Shown: positions 51,263 through 60,208 of the stretch, in pieces
How the letters are laid out: each line of letters starts with the position of its first letter
Position numbering within the stretch: the first letter of the stretch is position 1
Origin: Syntrophobacteraceae bacterium
GTDB lineage: Bacteria; Desulfobacterota; Syntrophobacteria; Syntrophobacterales; Syntrophobacteraceae
Length of the DNA: 64,000 nucleotides
NCBI GenBank assembly: GCA_003165235.1
Contig: PLSV01000201.1
Coordinates: forward strand, 1,488-65,487
Reading direction: 5' to 3'
Notes under the pieces: model-generated
What the model was told of the DNA's origin: nothing
The model's input: the letters and a program-made list of their open reading frames with translations, nothing else
Databases searched by the model: none
Made by a program: the position numbers and the translations under genes

Positions 51263-52875
51263 AATAAAGTGAATCCCTTCGACTCATAGATCGCCTTGTT
51301 CCGAGACCTGCTTATCTTCCCGCTGCTCGTTTTCACCAGCGACATGTGTTCGAGAATTTCCACGCGTTTGGGAACAATGCCGACTTCATCCATGATCGCC
51401 TTCTGGATGGCAATCTTCAGCGGGGTCGGCGCATTGCCGTCCTGGCGTTCGGCAAGGACAAAAAGGTCCTGGGTGCCCATCTCTTCGTTCCAGATTCCGA
51501 AGGCGACGACTCGTCCGGGGTAGATGCCCCCCACTGCGGATGCTGCAAACTCCACGTCCTGGGGAAAGATGTTTTTGCCGCAGACGATGATGAGGTCTTT
51601 TTTTCTTCCCGTGATGAAAAGCTCCCCGTGCTCATCAACGAACCCCAGATCACCAGTGAGATAGAACCCGTCGCGCAGCGGCCGCGTGCCGTCGAGAAAG
51701 TTGTTGAACAAGCTCGGAGAGTGGACGCCGATCTCCCCCGCCCCGGTATCTTCCGAATCAAAGACCGCGACTTCCACTCCCGGCAGCGGCTTTCCGCAGG
51801 AGAGAAGCGCGCCTGCCGCATCGAGCCGCTTGGAGTTGCCGTGCCAAGGCAAGGTCTGGGTGACCGCGAAAGTGTTTTCTGCGAGGGCGTAGCAGACGGT
51901 CATGGTTTCGGGGCGAACGGAACGGTACTTTCCGGTGAAAAGTTCATGGCTGCTCAGACGTGCGGGCTCGGAGCAGTTGATCCACATCCGGATGCTGCTG
52001 AGATCGTGCGCCCTGCCCTTGTTCACGAGCAGATGGTAGGCGAAATTCGGAAGGAAACAAAGGGTCGGCTTTTTTTCCTCGATGACCGCCAGCATAATAT
52101 CGGGCTGGGTGATCCAGTCGAAGGGGTCCATCTGATAGAAGGGGGCGCCGCACATGAGGGGCATGAGGTAGCAGGCGATGAGCCCCATATCATGGTAAAG
52201 AGGCAGCCAACTCACGACTGCATCGGAGGGCCCAATCAGCAGGGCGGCGGCGTAGCTTTGCATATGGGCGATAATCCCTCGGTGGCTGAGCACCACGCCT
52301 TTCTGCAATCCGGTGGAACCCGACGAGAACTGGACGAGGGCGTCTTGGGAAGGAAAACCCCGGTCCGCTCCGGGCAGTTCGGGGAGCATCTGCGGGGAGA
52401 AGACCTTCGCCTGCGTGACCTCAGAGTACCTCGCCTGTTCCTGGACGTCGATGAACAGGGCGCCGAATCCGGTTATCTCACGGATGTGATCGATTCTTCG
52501 GCGGTATTCCGATTCGCTGACCTTCGCAGTGGGCGGGCTGATCTGGGCCGGAAGATGGCCCGCTTTCATCGCTCCGATATAGGCTGCGAGCAGATGGATA
52601 TCAAGCTTCTTGATGAAGAGGACAAGCGTGGGTTCGGACAGGTTCCGGGCGAAAAGCGATGCATATCGGCAGACATAGTCCCAGAACTGCTCCCGGGAAT
52701 AAGAAAGCCATTCTCCGCCCGCGCGAACGGAACAGCAAAGAGCGCCGGGGTCCTGCTCACGGAAATATTCGATGCATTCGGGCACGGTGTTCTTTTCAGG
52801 ACAACCGGTTTGCATAGCCATCCATTCATGCGGCTGATAGATAAAGAAACAGAGAGACCGAATTCCCCGATTCAA
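51259..52875 (-). CDS. fatty-acyl-AMP ligase (FAAL-type adenylating enzyme)
   Basis: AMP-binding core FSSGSTGLQKGVVLSH, FAAL-type WLPLYHDMGLI, YALAENT, GDLGFVDEHGELFITGRKKDLII, KTSSGKISR. TGA overlaps the ATG of the 2417-aa ORF. Start may be an internal Met (MAMQTG). Confidence 0.85.
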   Translation of the reverse strand: MNRGIRSLCFFIYQPHEWMAMQTGCPEKNTVPECIEYFREQDPGALCCSVRAGGEWLSYSREQFWDYVCRYASLFARNLSEPTLVLFIKKLDIHLLAAYIGAMKAGHLPAQISPPTAKVSESEYRRRIDHIREITGFGALFIDVQEQARYSEVTQAKVFSPQMLPELPGADRGFPSQDALVQFSSGSTGLQKGVVLSHRGIIAHMQSYAAALLIGPSDAVVSWLPLYHDMGLIACYLMPLMCGAPFYQMDPFDWITQPDIMLAVIEEKKPTLCFLPNFAYHLLVNKGRAHDLSSIRMWINCSEPARLSSHELFTGKYRSVRPETMTVCYALAENTFAVTQTLPWHGNSKRLDAAGALLSCGKPLPGVEVAVFDSEDTGAGEIGVHSPSLFNNFLDGTRPLRDGFYLTGDLGFVDEHGELFITGRKKDLIIVCGKNIFPQDVEFAASAVGGIYPGRVVAFGIWNEEMGTQDLFVLAERQDGNAPTPLKIAIQKAIMDEVGIVPKRVEILEHMSLVKTSSGKISRSRNKAIYESKGFTLL

Positions 52876-53018
52876 ACTTTATACCAACTCCTGAATGGCT
52901 TTGAAGCGTGCAGGCCGAAGGTATATCCCCTGCAATTAAAGTCAAATAGTTGACGATTCTCGCCCCTGCCGCGCCGCATTCATCCGGGAGCAGGGAGCGG
53001 CCCACCAGTCGCATTCCT

Positions 53019-53034
53019 TGGCATGTATGTTGCT
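53019..53034 (+). promoter_or_regulatory. sigma-54 (-24/-12) promoter for the sugar operon
   Basis: TGGCAT-gtatg-TTGCT, one mismatch to TGGCAC-N5-TTGCW, correct spacing; about 130-145 nt upstream of the first gene. Confidence 0.7.
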
Positions 53035-53162
53035 TTTCAGTTCACCCAAGCCAGTTTCATTGCGCCCCGGGCGGGCGCGCCACTCCTGCCCGCCTGAAAA
53101 AAGTAACGGCAAGGCTTCTTATTTTTTGAACTATATTGAACGTTTCTCAGTGAGACGAGTTA

Positions 53163-54143
53163 GTGAGCGGCATGCAGATGCGGGCATTGATCACGGGCAT
53201 ATCGGGCTTTGTGGGTAGCCATCTGGCAAGATATCTTTTGACGCTGGGCGCGGATGTTTGCGGCATTGCCCGCCGTCCGGAAAGCGAATGGAGCTTTCCG
53301 GGCAGTGAACGGCTTGAGGTCTGCACTGGAAACATATTGGATGAGGATTTTCTTCGGAATTGCATCGAAACGATAAGGCCAACGCATGTATTCCATCTCG
53401 CCGGAACCCTGGGCGGTGCTGTGGGCAGCAGCTTGGGCCAGTACGAGAGCAATGCCTGGGGAACGGTAAGGTTGCTGGATGCCCTGCGGGCGCTCAGGCC
53501 GGCCCCCTGGGTCCTGGTCGCGGGTTCGAGCGCGGTCTACGGCCCTGCCGGAAACCTTCCCATTGGCGAGGAGCAGGCTTTCCAGCCGCTGACTCATTAC
53601 GCCGCCAGCAAGGCAGCGCAGGAACTGGTCGCAATACAGCATCACCTTGCATACGGGATGAACATCGTTCGGACAAGAACATTCAATCTGGTCGGCCCGG
53701 GGTTGTCCCGCGCATTGGCGCCCTCTGAACTGGCCTACCAGGTCGCCCATGCGGAGGCAGGGGGGCCCTCCGTGATCCAGGTTGGCAACCTGGCCCCGCG
53801 ACGTGACTATTCGGATGTCCGGGATGTGGTCCGCGCCTACGTGGCGCTGGCAGCCGCCAGCAGGCCCGGAGAGGTCTTCAATGTCTGCAGTGGACATTCC
53901 CGCTCCGTTCAGGAGTGCGCGGAGATACTGACTGGAATGGCAAGGGCGCCGGTGAGGCTCGAAGTCAACTCTGCGCGCATGAGAAGGGTTGAGATCGAAG
54001 ACCAGGTGGGCAACGGCGAACGATTGGTAAATAGAACCGGCTGGCAGCCGCTAATCCCCATCGAAAAGAGCCTCGGGGACCTTCTGGACTGCTGGCGACA
54101 CAAATTGAATGTAGCGGGGGAAGCATGTCCTGGAAGGATGTGA
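53163..54143 (+). CDS. NAD-dependent NDP-sugar epimerase/reductase (extended SDR, Rmd-like)
   Basis: MRALITGISGFVGSHL Rossmann motif, YAASKAA (YxxxK). Start uncertain: GTG 53163, ATG 53172 or ATG 53178. Confidence 0.8.
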   Translation: MSGMQMRALITGISGFVGSHLARYLLTLGADVCGIARRPESEWSFPGSERLEVCTGNILDEDFLRNCIETIRPTHVFHLAGTLGGAVGSSLGQYESNAWGTVRLLDALRALRPAPWVLVAGSSAVYGPAGNLPIGEEQAFQPLTHYAASKAAQELVAIQHHLAYGMNIVRTRTFNLVGPGLSRALAPSELAYQVAHAEAGGPSVIQVGNLAPRRDYSDVRDVVRAYVALAAASRPGEVFNVCSGHSRSVQECAEILTGMARAPVRLEVNSARMRRVEIEDQVGNGERLVNRTGWQPLIPIEKSLGDLLDCWRHKLNVAGEACPGRM

Positions 54144-55114
54144 GGGTGCTCGTAACTGGAGCGGGAGGCTTTATCGGCAGCCACCTCGTTGAGGAACTGG
54201 CGGGTCAGGGCGCTCGCGTGCGTGCATTTGTCAGGTATAACTCAAGGGGGGACTTCGGGTTCCTGAAATTCCTGCGCGCCGAATTGAGGCAAACCCTGGA
54301 AATTGTTCAGGGCGACCTGCGCGATCCATCCGCCCTGCTGCGCGCGATGGACGGGTGCACCTACGTTTTCCATCTCGGGGCAATGATTTCGATCCCTTAT
54401 TCCTACATTCACCCCCGGGAGGTAATAGAGACAAATATTCTCGGGACCCTCAACGTCCTGGAGAATTCCAGGCTGACCCGCCCCGACAGGGTCATACACG
54501 TATCGACAAGCGAAGTTTACGGGACCGCCAGAACTGTTCCCATTTCCGAGAATCACCCGCTGCAGGGGCAGTCGCCTTATTCGGCAAGCAAAATAGGTGC
54601 TGACAAGGTAGCGGAAAGCTACTACCGGGCATTCGACGTTCCGGTGATCACCGTGCGGCCCTTCAACACCTACGGACCCAGGCAGTCGGCGCGAGCGGTC
54701 ATTCCAACCATCATCACGCAGGCGCTGACAAAAGAGCATGTCCGCCTGGGCGCCCTGACGCCCACCCGTGATTTCACATTTGTTCAGGATACCGTCCGGG
54801 GGTTTATTTCTGCAGCCGTGGCGGACGGGGTGCTCGGCACTGAAATAAATCTCGGGAGCAATCGTGAGATCAGCATAGGCGACTTGGTGGATCTGATTGT
54901 CAAGCTTGTTGGAAAGCCAGTGGAAGCGCTTCGCGACGAGAAGCGCCTGAGACCAGGAAAGAGCGAGGTGGAGCGGCTTCACGCCGATAACTCGCTGGCT
55001 GCCCGGCTGTTGGGCTGGAAACCGTCGGTTTCCTTGACGGACGGTCTGGGCAGGACGATTGCATGGATAAAAGATCATCTCGATCTGTACCGAATCGAAG
55101 AATGCTGCGTTTAG
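54125..55114 (+). CDS. NDP-sugar 4,6-dehydratase-like extended SDR (PseB/LegB/RfbB class)
   Basis: VLVTGAGGFIGSHL, STSEVYG, YSASKIGADK. Confidence 0.8.
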   Translation: MSWKDVRVLVTGAGGFIGSHLVEELAGQGARVRAFVRYNSRGDFGFLKFLRAELRQTLEIVQGDLRDPSALLRAMDGCTYVFHLGAMISIPYSYIHPREVIETNILGTLNVLENSRLTRPDRVIHVSTSEVYGTARTVPISENHPLQGQSPYSASKIGADKVAESYYRAFDVPVITVRPFNTYGPRQSARAVIPTIITQALTKEHVRLGALTPTRDFTFVQDTVRGFISAAVADGVLGTEINLGSNREISIGDLVDLIVKLVGKPVEALRDEKRLRPGKSEVERLHADNSLAARLLGWKPSVSLTDGLGRTIAWIKDHLDLYRIEECCV

Positions 55115-55148
55115 CCATGGTCAACACCCTTGAGGAAAGGAACCGACA

Positions 55149-55952
55149 ATGCAAGCAGTGATATTGGCCGGAGGCCGTGGCGCCCGTCTTGCGCCATACA
55201 CTACGGTGCTGCCTAAACCCTTGATGCCGGTTGGCGACATGCCAATCCTGGAGATACTGATCCGTCAACTGCAGGTCACCGGAGTCAAAAAGGTCTTCGT
55301 CGCCGTCGGCCACCTCGCGTCATTGATCATGGCCTATTTCGGCAAGGGAGAGCATGTCGGAATGCCGATCGAATACTCCTTCGAGCCTTCCCCGCTGGGA
55401 ACGGCCGGCCCGCTGAGCCTGATTCCCAAGCTGGAGAATACCTTTCTTGCCATGAATGGAGACCTGCTCACCGACCTGGACTTTCGCGCCATGATCAGGG
55501 CGCATCGGGAAGCCGGCGCTGCAGCCACTGTCGGCCTTTACACCAGGGATGTCAAAATCGACCTGGGGGTCGTTGAAACGAACGCATGCAGCCAGATTAC
55601 CCACTACAGAGAGAAGCCGGTTTATCATTACCAGGTGAGCATGGGGGTATACGTGTTCGAACCAACGGTGCTGCGCTTCATTCCCCGTGAAATGCGCCTC
55701 GATATGCCCGAACTCGTCCGGAAGCTCATCGAGGCGGGAGAGCATGTGATAGGATACCATCACTCCGGCTACTGGCTCGACATTGGCCGACCCGACGATT
55801 ATCAGACGGCGCAGGATGATTTCGAGCGCATGTCGTCGACGCTTCTGGGGAATGGCTCGGCGCCCTCGGTCCATCGTCAGATCCTCCTGAACGACTACGC
55901 ACGCGTATCGCCGGCCGTTCCGACCAACGGCCGGATGCAAAAATCCGCATGA
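55149..55952 (+). CDS. sugar-1-phosphate nucleotidyltransferase
   Basis: MQAVILAGGRGARLAPYTTVLPKPLMPV: GGxGxRL...KP signature of NTP-transferases. Confidence 0.8.
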   Translation: MQAVILAGGRGARLAPYTTVLPKPLMPVGDMPILEILIRQLQVTGVKKVFVAVGHLASLIMAYFGKGEHVGMPIEYSFEPSPLGTAGPLSLIPKLENTFLAMNGDLLTDLDFRAMIRAHREAGAAATVGLYTRDVKIDLGVVETNACSQITHYREKPVYHYQVSMGVYVFEPTVLRFIPREMRLDMPELVRKLIEAGEHVIGYHHSGYWLDIGRPDDYQTAQDDFERMSSTLLGNGSAPSVHRQILLNDYARVSPAVPTNGRMQKSA

Positions 55953-56311
55953 TCGCAGCCTCAGCACTTTTGGATCCCGGCCCAGGCCGGGGTCCGGCAT
56001 TCTCGCAGTAACCCCATAATTTCGAAGCCCAGGTTCGTAGTAAAAACGCCGTAAAAAGTGAAGTCAGAAGATTGACAGTTGTAATAGGTCCATCTGCTTA
56101 CAGGATCGATCGAGTCAACGATTCTGTAAGAATTTAAGTTACTGGAACGAGCATCGCGGAGCCGGTTTTTGATAGATCTTACGCCCGCCCGTTGCTTGAC
56201 CGGAAATAGGCGCCCCAGCCCATGCGCAAGAACCCGGCAATGGCTCTGCAAGTTTAAAAGAGCAATGAAATTTGCTCTATGTCCCGATATTTTTGTGAGT
56301 TGGTATAGATT

Positions 56312-57463
56312 TTGATCGAATCAGAAAGATGCGAGGCGGCGGGTATTCTCCTGCCTGTCAAAGCCTCGTGCGCACAACGGGGAGAGATCGTGGCCGAAAA
56401 AAACGTACCGATCAACAAGGGCAACTATTCGCTCGATACCATCGAAAGGGAGTCGCTCTTCGAAGAGCGCCGGTCAGAGGGATGGGAGCCTGAGTACCGG
56501 GAATACAGGCGGAACTGGGCCTGTTTGCCCGAACAGCAGACAGTTTCCGGCTATCCGTTGTTGATCGATGTGGAACTGGCTTCGATCTGCAATTTAAAAT
56601 GCCCAATGTGCTACACCATTAAGGAGGAGTTCAAAAAGAAAGTCAAATCGGCTCTCATGGACTTCGATCTCTTTAAGAAGATCGTAGACGAAATAGGAGG
56701 GAAAGTCCCCGCCTTGAGGCTGAGTCTGAGAGGAGAGCCTACCCTCCACCCTCGGTTTACCGAATGCATCCGCTATGCGGTGCAGAGCGGAATCAAGGAA
56801 GTATCTTTTCTGTCCAACGGCAGCATGCTGAGCGCAGAATATTTCGAAAAGATAATGAGGGCGGGAGCGAACTGGATCACTTTATCGGTAGACGGCCTTG
56901 ACAGGACCTATGAGAAGATCCGCAAACCGCTGAAATTTTCGAGCACGCTTGAGAAAATAGCGGAAATTAAAACTATCAAGGAGAGGGCATCCTTTCACAA
57001 ACCGGTGATCAAGGTCCAGTCGGTGTGGCCCGCTATCAGGGAAAATCCCGAAAAATACTATAATACGTTTCTCCCCCACACCGATCTCATAGCCTTCAAT
57101 CCACTCATAGACTACCTGGGGAAGGATGAACAGATAGTCTACGAGGAAGATTTTTCCTGCCCTCAACTCTATCAGAGGCTTGTTGTAGGCGCAGACGGCC
57201 TGGTCATGATGTGCTCCAATGACGAGGAAAATACGGTCGTTGTCGGAGACGCGAAACATCAGCGCGTCTGCGAAATATGGCGCGGCCGGGAGTTAAACTC
57301 CGTGAGGGAAATCCACAGGAAGAGAAATGGCTTCATGCAGATTCCGGTTTGCAAGAAATGCTATCTTCCCAGAAAAACTGAAAATTCAGAACGGGCCGTA
57401 GTGAACGGCAGGGAAATAATTGTCCGCAACTACATAAACAGGCAACAGCGCGTGGGTGAATAA
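56312..57463 (+). CDS. radical SAM enzyme with C-terminal SPASM/twitch-like Cys-rich domain
   Basis: CNLKCPMC = CxxxCxxC cluster motif; C-terminal cysteines in FSCPQ, MMCSND, VCEIW, PVCKKCY. Likely real start is GTG 56390, preceded by GGAGAG. Confidence 0.8.
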   Translation: MIESERCEAAGILLPVKASCAQRGEIVAEKNVPINKGNYSLDTIERESLFEERRSEGWEPEYREYRRNWACLPEQQTVSGYPLLIDVELASICNLKCPMCYTIKEEFKKKVKSALMDFDLFKKIVDEIGGKVPALRLSLRGEPTLHPRFTECIRYAVQSGIKEVSFLSNGSMLSAEYFEKIMRAGANWITLSVDGLDRTYEKIRKPLKFSSTLEKIAEIKTIKERASFHKPVIKVQSVWPAIRENPEKYYNTFLPHTDLIAFNPLIDYLGKDEQIVYEEDFSCPQLYQRLVVGADGLVMMCSNDEENTVVVGDAKHQRVCEIWRGRELNSVREIHRKRNGFMQIPVCKKCYLPRKTENSERAVVNGREIIVRNYINRQQRVGE

Positions 57464-57513
57464 GACTGCGTGTCTCCAATCCTTCGGGGTTCGGACACTC
57501 TGCGCATCGGTGA

Positions 57514-58548
57514 ATGTCAACGGCAGGGGTGGATATGCTCAGGAGCTACAGGCGCGACAGGCGCTACATCATTGCAGAAATCGGCGGCAACTTCACCACC
57601 TTTGAAGAAGCCAGGGCGCTGGTCGACGCCGCGGCCGCCTGCGGCGTTGATGCAGTAAAGTTGCAGACTTACCGAGGGGACACTTTGGCGAGCAGGAGCG
57701 CGATTTTCGACATGGAGAATACGGGCGTCACCTCTCAGTACGACCTCTTCAAGAAGTACGAAATAGACGAGGAGCTTCACCGTAAAATATTTGACTATAT
57801 CGGTTCAAAGGGGCTCGACTGGTTCTCGACTCCTTCCCATGAAACCGATGTGGATATGCTCGAAAATCTCGGCGTCGGAGCATACAAGATCGGTTCGGAC
57901 GACGCCGTAAATATCCCTTTTCTTAAATATATCGCCAAGAAGGGCAAGCCGGTCCTGCTCTCCACCGGGATGTGCTCGATGGAGGAGGTCCGGGAGTCCG
58001 TTTCGGCCGTCCTGGGAGAAGGAAACGCGCAGTTGACTCTGTTGCATGCGATCACCAGTTATCCGGCGCATGCCGAAGATGTGAACCTGCTCGCGATGAA
58101 AAAGATGATGGAAGAGTTCCCGCTCCCCGTCGGCTACTCGGACCATACACTGGGCTCCGTAGCCTGCCTTGCCGCCGCCGCCATGGGCGCGGCCGTCATT
58201 GAAAAGCATTTTACGATCGACAAGAATGCCGAAGGGCCGGACCACATGCTTTCCGCCGACCCCGCCGAGATGAAATCCATCGTGGATCAGATCAGGGTGA
58301 TGGAAAAGATGCTGGGCAGCGGAATAAAGATGCCGGCAGCATCGGAGGCCACAACCAGGGTCAACAACCGCAAGAGCATCGTCGCGGCAAAAGCGATCAA
58401 AGCCGGATACGGAATAGAGTCTAATAACATTGCGATTAAAAGGCCCGGATACGGAATTGCGCCAAAATATTTCGAGCAAATCCTGGGGCGCAGGGTCAAC
58501 CGTGACATAAGCGAAGACGAAGTGATTGCATGGAGCGACCTGGGATGA
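57514..58548 (+). CDS. NeuB-family nonulosonic acid synthase (PseI/LegI/SpsE-like)
   Basis: IIAEIGGNF, VDAVKLQTY, HAITSYPA, GYSDHTLG, C-terminal SAF domain (IAIKRPGYGI). Alternative ATG at 57535. Confidence 0.85.
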   Translation: MSTAGVDMLRSYRRDRRYIIAEIGGNFTTFEEARALVDAAAACGVDAVKLQTYRGDTLASRSAIFDMENTGVTSQYDLFKKYEIDEELHRKIFDYIGSKGLDWFSTPSHETDVDMLENLGVGAYKIGSDDAVNIPFLKYIAKKGKPVLLSTGMCSMEEVRESVSAVLGEGNAQLTLLHAITSYPAHAEDVNLLAMKKMMEEFPLPVGYSDHTLGSVACLAAAAMGAAVIEKHFTIDKNAEGPDHMLSADPAEMKSIVDQIRVMEKMLGSGIKMPAASEATTRVNNRKSIVAAKAIKAGYGIESNNIAIKRPGYGIAPKYFEQILGRRVNRDISEDEVIAWSDLG

Positions 58549-59219
58549 CGGGCATAATGCTTCAGGCAAGGATGGGGTCAACCAGGCTTCCCGGCAAAGT
58601 GATGAAGAACATATGCGGGAGGACGATGCTCGAGCATATCCTTATCCGCCTGAAACTGGCGACCGAAGCTGACATGCTCATCGTCGCGACCACCACCAAA
58701 GATATGGACGATTGCATTTGCGAACTTGCCCTGAGCCAGGGGGTCTTTTGTTACAGAGGCGACGAAGCTGACGTGCTCGACCGCTATTACCAGGCGGCGG
58801 TTCATTTCGGACTACGCCACATCGTGAGGGCCACCGCGGACAACCCCCTGGTGGACCCCGAAGAGATAGACCGCCTCATCCGGCTCCATAAGGACACCTC
58901 GGCGGATTATACGCATGCTTTCGGGCAACTGCCGCTTGGAGTCGGAGCGGAGTGTTTCACGATGGAGGCCCTTGAACGCTCATGGATGGAAGGTGTTGAG
59001 CCCAATCACCGGGAACACGTCAATGAGTACATCCAGGAGCGGCCTCGGATGTTCCATATCGAACAACTCGAAATCCCGGAAAAGAAGCGGGCGCCTTTGC
59101 TCAGACTCACGGTGGACACGGTTGAGGACCTGCAGAGGGTCGGCTCTATTTATGAATCGTTATACGTGGCGGGCTGCTGGATAAGCACAGAGGAAGCGAT
59201 ACGCGCATGCGCACTGTAA
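58545..59219 (+). CDS. cytidylyltransferase, CTP_transf_3 (PseF/SpsF-like CMP-sugar synthetase)
   Basis: MLQARMGSTRLPGKV motif; ATG 58545 overlaps the preceding stop as ATGA. Confidence 0.8.
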   Translation: MTGIMLQARMGSTRLPGKVMKNICGRTMLEHILIRLKLATEADMLIVATTTKDMDDCICELALSQGVFCYRGDEADVLDRYYQAAVHFGLRHIVRATADNPLVDPEEIDRLIRLHKDTSADYTHAFGQLPLGVGAECFTMEALERSWMEGVEPNHREHVNEYIQERPRMFHIEQLEIPEKKRAPLLRLTVDTVEDLQRVGSIYESLYVAGCWISTEEAIRACAL

Positions 59220-60208
59220 TATGCATAGAGGCATCCCACCAACGGGGGATGGGACATCTCTTTCGCGGTCTGCGCCTTGCGAAAGCGCTCCGCGCGGCTG
59301 GCGATGAGATTCTCTTTGCAGTAAACGATGACCGGCGGTCGCTGGAGATCCTCTATTCCGAAGGGTTCGATGCTGAAGCAGTCCCCTCTTACGCCTCGGG
59401 ACCCGACTGGGAAGAAGGAATCCTGCGAAGGCGCCGCCCGGACTGGTGGATCAACGATCGCCTGGACACGGCGGCAGCACATGCCGAGAAAGTTCTCGGC
59501 TCCGAGGTCATGCTTGCAACCTTCGACGACCATGGAGACGGCGGGCTTTCCGCCGCTTTCAATGTTCTCGCCATGGACCTTAAGCCGTTGGAAAGAATGC
59601 CGAACGGTCTCTATGGGACAGAGTACATCATCCTCGATCCCGAAATCGAAAAATGCCGGGCCGCGCTCCCGGTGCGCGGCGACCCATCAGAGATCCTGGT
59701 TACCCTTGGCGGAAGCGACACTTATGGGATGACCCCGCGCGTCCTCTCCGCACTGGGCGGAATGCAAATTCCCCCGGCGGCCTGCGTTTCGGTCGGACCG
59801 AATTTCAACCACCGCGAGGCGCTGAACTCAGCCCTGGCGAATTACCCTGGACGTGTCCGTATCTATGACAATCCATCGAGCCTCATTGGGCTGATCGTAA
59901 AAGCCGAAATCATCGTCTGCGGCGGAGGGGTGACGCTTTTCGAAGCAGCCGCGCTCGGCATCCCGGCCCTGGCGATAGCAAACGAACCTCATGAAATCCC
60001 CATAGTCCAATGGTTCGAAGAGAAGGGGTTTTGCATCTGCCTCGGATTTCGTGAAAACGGGGTTGAGAGCCGGTTATCGTCCGCACTACCGAACTTGCTT
60101 TCCGGAAGCGATCGTCTTGAGCAGATGAGCATAACCGGGAGGCGCCTTGTCGACGGGAGGGGTCTGGAACGGATCGTGGCCAGGATCAGGGGAGACCGGC
60201 ATGAGTGA
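59207..60208 (+). CDS. PseG/SpsG-like NDP-sugar hydrolase (GT28-like fold)
   Basis: N-terminal IEASHQRGMGHLFRGLRLAKAL and C-terminal GGGVTLFEAAALGIPALAI resemble PseG/SpsG proteins. Confidence 0.65.
   Translation: MRTVICIEASHQRGMGHLFRGLRLAKALRAAGDEILFAVNDDRRSLEILYSEGFDAEAVPSYASGPDWEEGILRRRRPDWWINDRLDTAAAHAEKVLGSEVMLATFDDHGDGGLSAAFNVLAMDLKPLERMPNGLYGTEYIILDPEIEKCRAALPVRGDPSEILVTLGGSDTYGMTPRVLSALGGMQIPPAACVSVGPNFNHREALNSALANYPGRVRIYDNPSSLIGLIVKAEIIVCGGGVTLFEAAALGIPALAIANEPHEIPIVQWFEEKGFCICLGFRENGVESRLSSALPNLLSGSDRLEQMSITGRRLVDGRGLERIVARIRGDRHE

Noticed and set aside
51346-52953. 535-aa plus-strand ORF antisense to the FAAL gene
   Set aside because: Shadow ORF. It has no recognisable motifs and a Gly/Arg/Asp-rich composition, whereas the minus frame carries the full set of AMP-binding/FAAL motifs and is translationally coupled to the downstream gene.
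53064-53094. GC-rich hairpin (GGCGGGC...GCCCGCC) in the leader of the sugar operon as a terminator
   Set aside because: It is followed by an A-run in the plus orientation and preceded by the T-run in the minus orientation, so it does not look like an intrinsic terminator for either strand. It may simply be leader structure.
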